NCBI GenBank assembly: GCA_036338595.1
Contig: JAYZBV010000083.1
Location: 1-12,736, forward strand
Source: Planctomycetota bacterium
GTDB lineage: Bacteria > Planctomycetota > UBA8108 > UBA1146
Direction of reading: 5' to 3'
Length of the DNA: 12,736 bases
The notes beneath the pieces were generated by a model that ran no database searches, had not been told where the DNA came from, and saw only the letters and a program-made list of their open reading frames with translations. This document shows positions 1 to 6,760 of the stretch, piece after piece (the stretch's first letter is position 1; every line of letters starts with the position of its first letter). The position numbers were made by a program, and so were the translations under genes.

Positions 1-982
1 CGATCCGCATCAGTGGCTCTCCGTCATCAAGATTCCACATCGTGAGCGCATCTCCCATGAACTCCGTCACAGCAAGTCGATGACCATCGGAGGAGATGCC
101 GACGGTGCCGACACTGTCCAGGCCTGCCAGGTTCAATCGAGCAGCGGGAGAACCATCTGCGGCGTTGAATCGAACCAGGCTGGCAGGTTTCTTGTCACTT
201 CCATTGACGAGCAGGAAGAATTGATTCCCATCGGGTAGAAAAAATATGGGAGCAGCTCGAAACTGCCGGTCAGCCTGAACATGCCATCTCTGAGCGCCGT
301 CAGAGAGATCCCACGCCCTGATTCCGCGATTTATCGCGCGCCGGCGTGTCTTGCCGTCGATCTCGGTCATTTCGTATTCGATGAAAGTACCTACCACTGT
401 TTTTCCATCTGGAGATACATCGATGTGTTTCAATCCGGTGTCCTTCAGTTGCCACTTCATCTTTCCCTTGTCCAGATTCCATACAGAGAGAGACTCATCC
501 TTCCCCAACCAGACCATCCATTTTCCATCGCCAGTAATTCGGGGCCGCTTCGCCGATCCAGAGATCTGAAACTGCTTCTTCAGTTTCGACCGACGTAAGT
601 CCCAGACCTTGATGACGGTCGGCCTGGGATCCTGGCTCTGTATCCGACCCACATGCCCACTGATCAATCGCTGGCTAGTGGCGGAAAAGGCCAGGAAATC
701 GACACTCGCATCGTGGTCACCGAGCCTTTTGAGAAACTTTCCCGTCTTCGCATCCCAGATAAAGACGCCGGCGGGATGAACAATCTTGCCAGCATTGTCG
801 GTCACCGTGACGGGACTACTTCCACCAACGATCCACTTGCCATTGGGTGAAAAGACCCAGGAAAAATAGGTCCCGACCGCACCGTTGCTGGTGTTCTTCA
901 GCGGCGATTCAAGATCGATACGCCCAGCAGGGACCTGCCCCGATGGAAATAAAAGCAGTACCGATAGAATGGCAACGATCAA
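1..982 (-). CDS. Exported WD40-like / beta-propeller repeat protein (3' end truncated by window edge)
   Basis: Not in the ORF track because it has no stop in the window. Manual translation of the minus strand from TTG at 982-980 is open for 327 codons to the edge: MIVAILSVLLLFPSGQVPAGRID...FSPNGKWIVGG...VFIWDAKTGKFLKRLGDHDASVDFLAFS...IKVWDLRRSK...ITGDGKWMV...LSVWNLDKGK...VSPDGKTVV...IRAWDLSDG...FLPDGNQFF...ISSDGHRLAV...LTMWNLDDG. It has repeated (S/P)xDG(K) and W(D/N) blade motifs and a hydrophobic N-terminus. AAGGAG (993-988) lies 5 nt before the TTG, and the TTG overlaps the amidase stop (TTGA). Confidence 0.88.
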   Translation of the reverse strand, partial: MIVAILSVLLLFPSGQVPAGRIDLESPLKNTSNGAVGTYFSWVFSPNGKWIVGGSSPVTVTDNAGKIVHPAGVFIWDAKTGKFLKRLGDHDASVDFLAFSATSQRLISGHVGRIQSQDPRPTVIKVWDLRRSKLKKQFQISGSAKRPRITGDGKWMVWLGKDESLSVWNLDKGKMKWQLKDTGLKHIDVSPDGKTVVGTFIEYEMTEIDGKTRRRAINRGIRAWDLSDGAQRWHVQADRQFRAAPIFFLPDGNQFFLLVNGSDKKPASLVRFNAADGSPAARLNLAGLDSVGTVGISSDGHRLAVTEFMGDALTMWNLDDGEPLMRI

Positions 983-2661
983 TCTCGCTCCTTCTCTTCA
1001 ACATATGCTTCGAGAGTCGGAAGTTTTTCATGGTAATCGGTAACAGCTTGCCAGGCACTACCGAGGGCAATCAAACGAGCTTCGTCATGAGGATGCCCGA
1101 TGATGGTGATCGATCTCGGCATCCGATCGGTACCGAAACCACAGGGGGCCACCAGGCTCGGATGACCGGTGAGATTGGTGATCCCGAGCGATCGAAAATT
1201 CCCTGCCGGAGAGATGTAGGCATCCACTCCAGAAAGGGCCCGGGCTGTATCTCGCATCAATAGTGTGCGTAGTCTCTGCGCGCGGATGTACTCGACTGCA
1301 GGAATCAATCGCGCTGCACGAAAACTGTTGGGCCACGCCTGTGGACCCTGCTCCACCAGTTCGTCATCGGCGTCCGAACGAGTCAACTCATCGAAGGCGC
1401 AGGCGCTTTCAGCAAACAGGATCACCATCATCGGCCACACCGGATAATCAGGCAGTTCGATCTCGACCAGTTCTGCACCAAGATCCTTCATCTCTTCCAG
1501 AACACTGCCGTGTTCAGAAGATCGTTCAAAGGCTGTGGGCGAGTAACCGATCTTCCAACCCTCGATGGAAGTGATCCCCGGGGCCTCGAAGGGACGATCC
1601 ACGCAATCGAGATCCAGACCATCGGCACCTCGGATGGCATCGAGTACCAGCGCGGTATCCTGCAAACTTCGGCAGATGGGCCCGAGTTTGTCCATCGACC
1701 ACGACAACGCCATCGCTCCATGACGAGATACTCGCCCGAAGGTGGGACGAAGTGATGAGTTACCACAGCGTGTCGATGGGCTGACGATCGAGCCGAGCGT
1801 TTCTGATCCGATGGCAAAGGGCAAGGCACCCGCACCGACCGCAGCCGCAGAACCCGCCGAAGAACCGCTGGAGCCTCTCTCGATGTTCCACGGCGAAAGA
1901 GTCTTGCCACCGTACCAGACATCTCCCATCGCCAGCGCACCGAGCGTTGTCTTGGCCACCAGGATGGCTCCTGCTGCATCGAGTTTCTGCACCACCGTCG
2001 CATCGGTATCGATCACCTGATCCTTGAAAGGCATCGCACCCCAGCTGGTAACGGTTCCCTTCACCGCACAGAGATCCTTCACGCCGTATGGAATCCCGTG
2101 CAGTGGTCCTCTCCATTTCCCGGATGCGATCTCGGCATCGAGGAGATTTGCACGATCTCTCGCTCTTTGTTCGGTATACGAGATGACGCAGTGCAGGATG
2201 GGGTCGACTTCCTTCAACCGGGCGAGATACAACTCGGTCAGTTCGAGACAGGAAACCTGCTTCGTCTTGATCAGCGATGCCAGTACCGGAATCTGTGCCC
2301 AGAGCAACTCCTGCAGGTCATCGGGACGGATGACATCCGGCAGCGAATCCGACGCTGGCAACTTCTCTGCCGTGACGGTGGGGGATCGCTCCAGCGGACG
2401 AAAATGAGAGGCGGGGGCCACCGCGTTCTCTATCGAACGCGATCGAAGCGCAGAATATTCGCCGATTCGATCGAGAGCTGCTGGCAGTAACTGGGCCAGT
2501 TCCGCATCGGTAAACTGCAATCCAGAAACTTTGAGCGCTTCCATCAGCGCCTGCTCATCAAACGGTGCTTTTTTCGCGACCTCATCTGTAGAAGCGGCTG
2601 CACCGTCCTGCCCATCGGCTTGAGGTGAAAACAGCGCCATGACCAATCCGAGGACCATCAT
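979..2661 (-). CDS. Amidase-signature (AS) family hydrolase, probably exported; not GatA
   Basis: 560 aa. Contains GPLHGIPYGVKDL (catalytic Lys), GSSGSSAGSAAAV (Gly/Ser-rich signature), GSETLGSIVSPS (nucleophile Ser), LSWSMDKLGP and NLTGHPSL. AGGAG (2671-2667) lies 5 nt before the ATG. Hydrophobic N-terminus. Confidence 0.93.
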   Translation of the reverse strand: MMVLGLVMALFSPQADGQDGAAASTDEVAKKAPFDEQALMEALKVSGLQFTDAELAQLLPAALDRIGEYSALRSRSIENAVAPASHFRPLERSPTVTAEKLPASDSLPDVIRPDDLQELLWAQIPVLASLIKTKQVSCLELTELYLARLKEVDPILHCVISYTEQRARDRANLLDAEIASGKWRGPLHGIPYGVKDLCAVKGTVTSWGAMPFKDQVIDTDATVVQKLDAAGAILVAKTTLGALAMGDVWYGGKTLSPWNIERGSSGSSAGSAAAVGAGALPFAIGSETLGSIVSPSTRCGNSSLRPTFGRVSRHGAMALSWSMDKLGPICRSLQDTALVLDAIRGADGLDLDCVDRPFEAPGITSIEGWKIGYSPTAFERSSEHGSVLEEMKDLGAELVEIELPDYPVWPMMVILFAESACAFDELTRSDADDELVEQGPQAWPNSFRAARLIPAVEYIRAQRLRTLLMRDTARALSGVDAYISPAGNFRSLGITNLTGHPSLVAPCGFGTDRMPRSITIIGHPHDEARLIALGSAWQAVTDYHEKLPTLEAYVEEKERD

Positions 2662-2745
2662 CGAATCTCCTTTGCTCCAGTTGACCCGATATTGTGGAGG
2701 TCAGATCTCCCCCACAACAGGGATGACACGCGGGGTCCATCCTGT

Positions 2746-3369
2746 TCAGGGGATCAGTGACAGCGACTGAAGGTCGCTGAGATCATAACTTTCGAGTGAG
2801 AGCGGAGAACCGTCCTCTCTCCAGTGCAGGCAGCCGTGATGAATCCTGTGCTGCTCTGTCTGCAGATCTTCCATGCGCAGGCGCATCACCCACTCCACCA
2901 CAGGAAATGCCAGCTCGGACCACGGCACCTGGTCCCATGAGAACCACTTCACCTCGAGGCTCTCGGTTCCAGCGGCGATCCTGGGGTCATTCAATCTGGC
3001 CAGGAACATCTGATGCACCTGTCCGATGCGAGTCAGATCGATGCGTGCGAAGGGGCGTACGATCTCCACATCGGCACACGCTTCCTCCATCGTTTCTCGG
3101 GTAGCACCTGCGGCCATCGATTCTCCCATCTCGAGAAACCCTGCGGGAGGTGTCCATAGCCCCATGGCGGGTTCTATGGCGCGGCGACAGAGCAACACCT
3201 GGTCTTCGCTTTCGATGAGCGTTCCCACCACAACCTTCGGGTTTCGGTAATGAATCTCACCACAGTCTGGACAGACTTCACGCAATCGGTCCTCACCCTC
3301 GGGAATCTGCTTCTCGAGGGCAGAGCCACAGGCGCCGCAATACTCGGGGATGGGAACGATCAAGCGCAC
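2746..3369 (-). CDS. Nudix hydrolase with N-terminal zinc ribbon (ADP-ribose/FAD pyrophosphatase-like, NUDT23-type)
   Basis: CGACG...CPDCG zinc ribbon, HYRNPKVVVG, LLCRRAIEP, Nudix box GFLEMGESMAAGATRETMEEA, ESLEV and PWSELAFP. The start is uncertain: GTG at 3369 or TTG at 3363, the latter preceded by GAGG. Confidence 0.92.
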   Translation of the reverse strand: MRLIVPIPEYCGACGSALEKQIPEGEDRLREVCPDCGEIHYRNPKVVVGTLIESEDQVLLCRRAIEPAMGLWTPPAGFLEMGESMAAGATRETMEEACADVEIVRPFARIDLTRIGQVHQMFLARLNDPRIAAGTESLEVKWFSWDQVPWSELAFPVVEWVMRLRMEDLQTEQHRIHHGCLHWREDGSPLSLESYDLSDLQSLSLIP

Positions 3370-3498
3370 CTCGTTTTCATGTCAGTACCACCGTCTGGAA
3401 GACTCGCAGAGGATGCAGCATCAGGCAAGACCGATGCTTGCTTGTAGCCATCGGGGAACTGGTGTGGAATCCTTCACCGGTGGAAAGGGACCGATTCA

Positions 3499-4878
3499 AT
3501 GAGTCGTATGGCGCTCGCTCTGATCTGGCTACCGATGATTTGCTGGGGATGCTCCCACCTGCAAAGAAGCGATCCAGAGCCGCTTCCATCGTTTGTCGTC
3601 ATCCTCGCTGATGATCTCGGTTGGGCCGATGTGTCGTGCCAGGGCAGCATATGGAAGACCCCCGCCATCGATGCCCTTGCCGCCGATGGCATCCGTTTCA
3701 CGCGTGCCGCTTCCAACGGTCCCAACTGTGCGCCCAGTCGCGCCTGTTTCGTCACTGGCACCGATGTCACCCGTCATGGCATCTTCACGGTGCGACCGTC
3801 AGCGCGAGGCAAGAAGGAAAATCGCCGACTGGAACCACCTCGAACCGAGCACAAGCTGAAACCAGAGGCGATCACCATCGCAGAGATGCTCTCTGGTCAC
3901 GGCTATCGGTCTGCACACATCGGAAAATGGCACCTGGGGGCTGACCCCGCCGACCAGGGGTTCGATGTCTCCATCGCCGGGGATCAGCGCGGCCACCCGA
4001 AAAGCCACCTGGCGCCGTGGAACTTACCCCATCTCCCGGAACAGCAATCCGGAACCGCGCTCGCAGATGCTCTGACCGATCATGCAGTGGATTTCATCGA
4101 GCAGAATGCAGATCAACCCTTCCTGCTGATCCTCTCGCACTATGCGGTCCACACTCCGGTCCAGGCACCGCCACAGGAAGTCCAACGATGGGCCCAACTG
4201 TTGCCCGACGAAAAGGCAAAGCGACATCGGTATGCAGCTCTCGTCGACAGCGTCGATCGGTCGGTGCGACGCGTTCGGGAATCGCTCGAAAATACCGGCT
4301 GCTCCAGTCGCACCCTCCTCATCTTCACCAGCGACAATGGTGGACATGAAGGGTTTACCGACAATGGACCCCTGCGGGGGGGCAAGGGGATGCTGTTCGA
4401 GGGCGGAGTCAGGGTTCCCTTCATCGCATGGGGAGCAGGAACGGGATCCCCTGAGCGGATCCAGGATACTCCCATTCAATTGTCTGATCTGGTTCCGACG
4501 ATGCTCGAGATGGCATCGGTGCCGGCGCCGGAAAAAACACCCCTGCAAGGGGTCAGCATCTCGGGGTTACTGTCTGGAACATCTGCCGAACCTGTCCGCG
4601 ATCTGATCTGGCACTTCCCTGCCTATCTTCAGGGCTACACCAGAGCCCACGGCACCTGGCGAACCACTCCCGTCACTTCCATCGTTCGTGGACCGTGGAA
4701 GTTGCTCGAGTTCCATGAAGACCGGAGCAGGATGTTGTTCCATCTCGGTCAAGATCCATCCGAGCAAAACGATCTCGCCAGCAGTCGCCCCGAGCTGGTC
4801 TCCGATCTCGCCTCATCCATCGAGAGATGGCGAAAAGTGCGGGATGCACCGATGCCGGTCGCAGTCAAACGGCCCTGA
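3499..4878 (+). CDS. Formylglycine-dependent (S1, Cys-type) sulfatase, arylsulfatase A-like, possible lipoprotein
   Basis: 459 aa. Contains ILADDLGW, CAPSRACFVTG (CxPxR motif), GYRSAHIGKWHLG, HYAVHTP, FTSDNGG, GGKGMLFEGGVRVP and DPSEQNDL. The N-terminus MSRMALALIWLPMICWGC resembles a lipoprotein signal with a non-canonical lipobox. AAGGGA precedes the ATG. Confidence 0.95.
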   Translation: MSRMALALIWLPMICWGCSHLQRSDPEPLPSFVVILADDLGWADVSCQGSIWKTPAIDALAADGIRFTRAASNGPNCAPSRACFVTGTDVTRHGIFTVRPSARGKKENRRLEPPRTEHKLKPEAITIAEMLSGHGYRSAHIGKWHLGADPADQGFDVSIAGDQRGHPKSHLAPWNLPHLPEQQSGTALADALTDHAVDFIEQNADQPFLLILSHYAVHTPVQAPPQEVQRWAQLLPDEKAKRHRYAALVDSVDRSVRRVRESLENTGCSSRTLLIFTSDNGGHEGFTDNGPLRGGKGMLFEGGVRVPFIAWGAGTGSPERIQDTPIQLSDLVPTMLEMASVPAPEKTPLQGVSISGLLSGTSAEPVRDLIWHFPAYLQGYTRAHGTWRTTPVTSIVRGPWKLLEFHEDRSRMLFHLGQDPSEQNDLASSRPELVSDLASSIERWRKVRDAPMPVAVKRP

Positions 4879-4945
4879 TCCCTCGACATCACACCCTTTT
4901 GGGGCGATGTTGGTGCCCTTACACGGCACGTCAGCATCTTCTGGT

Positions 4946-4965
4946 ACCCCTCACCGGTGAGGGGT
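4946..4965. repeat. Perfect 20-bp palindrome ACCCCTCACCGGTGAGGGGT in the sulfatase-ABC intergenic region
   Basis: Directly visible; it equals its own reverse complement and ends 40 nt before the ABC start codon. No poly-T tail on either side. Confidence 0.9.
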
Positions 4966-5005
4966 CGAGGCAACTGCGGCGCAAAACACCAGGCCAGGAG
5001 AGCGC

Positions 5006-6760
5006 GTGATCCCCTTCAGAGCTTTCCGCTTCCTGCTGCCGCTTGTTCTCCGCGAAAAGGCCGTGATCTCGTTCGGCATCCTGTTGATTCTGGTGACGAG
5101 TATCAGTCAGGTCGCAGTACCACGACTGATTGGCATGGCAGTCGAACGACTTGAATCCGGGATTGGTATCGATCTGGTGATCCCGGTGGCGATGGCGATG
5201 GTGGGCGCGGTGTTGATCCGCGGCATCACATCCTTCTGGACGCGTAAGACCGTCATCGGATCAAGCCGACGTATAGAAAAACAACTGCGCGACCAGATGT
5301 TTCGCCATATCGAGACGCTGGATGGCTCCTTCCATTCAAAAATTCATACTGGAGACCTGATGAGTCGCTTCAATAGCGATGTCGATGCAGTCCGTATGAT
5401 CTTCGGGCCTGCGATCATGTACTCGGTGCAGACCGTCTTCATCATGGTCTTCTCGATCACGCTGATGCTCCAGATCGACTGGCAGCTAACACTCTGGTCT
5501 CTGATTCCGCTCGCTCTCATCACACTTGAAGTGCGTTTCATCGGTCCAAAAATCCATGACCGATCCAAGATTGGCCAGGAGTTGCTCGCCGACATCTCGG
5601 TACATGCGCAGGAGAACTTTGCCAACGCTCCGGTGGTGAAGGCCTTCGTTGTTGAGGATGCAGAGATCGACAGGATGCATCGACACAGTCACAACTATTT
5701 CCTTCAAAACCTACGAATTGCACGGGTCAGAGCCATCGCCACCAGTTCCTTCGGATTGTTCGGCGATCTGGCCCTGGTCGTGCTACTCCTGATCGGTGGG
5801 ATGCGAATCATCACGGGCGATCTGAGCCTCGGAGAATTCGCCACCTTCAACGGCTGCCAGTTGTTGCTGATCTGGCCGATGATTGCGCTCGGCTGGGTGA
5901 TCAACCTGTTTCATCGCGGTGCAGCCAGCGCCAAGCGGCTGCAAGATATTCTCGATTCGACACCGACGGTCGACGATTCACGTTCTGACGACGCGTTGAC
6001 GGTTGAGCGAGGCGAGATCCGTTTCGATCAGGTCTCTTTTCGCTATCCGGAATCGAAGGATGGCGTCCTTCAACAGATCTCTTTCGACCTACCTGGAGGG
6101 AAAACTCTGGGCATCGTAGGTGCCACGGCGAGTGGGAAATCCACCCTGCTGAATTTGATTCCGCGTCTCGCTCCCACCGTCAGCGGAAGTATCTTCATCG
6201 ATCAGGTACCGGTCGAACAATATAGCCTCGACGCACTACGATCTTCCATTGCGATGGTCCCGCAGGAACCGTTCCTCTTCAGTGCCACAATCGCTGACAA
6301 CATCTCATTCGGTGTCGATGACGCTTCGATGGATGACATCATCAGCGTCTCACGTCTGGTCAAGATGGATGAAGAAATTGATAAGTTTCCATCGCGATAC
6401 GACCAACGAGTTGGTGAACGAGGAATCACTCTCAGCGGCGGGCAAAAGCAACGCATTGCCATTGCGCGAGCGATCCTACAACGGCCAATCATCTTGATCC
6501 TCGATGATGTCCTCTCTGCAGTCGATTCAGAAACCGAATCCACCATTCTCGAAGGCTTGAAAGACTGGACCAAGAATCTGACCGCGCTGATCGTCACGCA
6601 TAGGCTCAGTGCCATCACTCATGCCGACGAGATCATCGTTCTGGACGAGGGGCGCATCGTCGAACGGGGTGATCACGAGTCGCTGAGACGGTTGAAGGGC
6701 CGATACCACAAGATGTGGCGCAGACAGACGGTCGAGAGCGAACTGGAGGATCTCGAATGA
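5006..6760 (+). CDS. ABC exporter half-transporter (TMD+NBD), MdlA/BmrC(YheI)-like subunit with degenerate Walker B
   Basis: 584 aa with an N-terminal multi-TM region. Contains TGDLMSRFNSD, Walker A GATASGKS, Q-loop VPQEPFLF, signature LSGGQ (6431-6445), Walker B ILILDD, D-loop SAVD and H-loop THRL. AGGAG (4996-5000) lies 5 nt before the GTG. Confidence 0.95.
   Translation: MIPFRAFRFLLPLVLREKAVISFGILLILVTSISQVAVPRLIGMAVERLESGIGIDLVIPVAMAMVGAVLIRGITSFWTRKTVIGSSRRIEKQLRDQMFRHIETLDGSFHSKIHTGDLMSRFNSDVDAVRMIFGPAIMYSVQTVFIMVFSITLMLQIDWQLTLWSLIPLALITLEVRFIGPKIHDRSKIGQELLADISVHAQENFANAPVVKAFVVEDAEIDRMHRHSHNYFLQNLRIARVRAIATSSFGLFGDLALVVLLLIGGMRIITGDLSLGEFATFNGCQLLLIWPMIALGWVINLFHRGAASAKRLQDILDSTPTVDDSRSDDALTVERGEIRFDQVSFRYPESKDGVLQQISFDLPGGKTLGIVGATASGKSTLLNLIPRLAPTVSGSIFIDQVPVEQYSLDALRSSIAMVPQEPFLFSATIADNISFGVDDASMDDIISVSRLVKMDEEIDKFPSRYDQRVGERGITLSGGQKQRIAIARAILQRPIILILDDVLSAVDSETESTILEGLKDWTKNLTALIVTHRLSAITHADEIIVLDEGRIVERGDHESLRRLKGRYHKMWRRQTVESELEDLE

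Noticed and set aside
281..1263. Plus-strand ORFs 281-598, 351-569, 653-850 and 847-1263
   Set aside because: They are antisense shadows of the WD40 and amidase genes with no recognisable motifs.
979..2661. Calling the amidase gatA
   Set aside because: It lacks the GSDTGGSIRQPA motif, has an export-like N-terminus, and no gatB or gatC lies beside it.
4946..4965. Palindrome as an intrinsic terminator
   Set aside because: No U-tract follows it on either strand and the palindrome has no spacer for a loop.
4881..4970. Cloverleaf-like fold with a 7-bp closing stem as a tRNA
   Set aside because: No T-loop TTCRA, no D-loop GG pattern, arm lengths do not fit and there is no CCA end on either strand.
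6715..6756. Longer ORF-track starts at 6715, 8712, 9166 and 12406
   Set aside because: The downstream starts (6757, 8787, 9196, 12337) have better SD, overlap or signal-peptide context, and the extensions look non-conserved.
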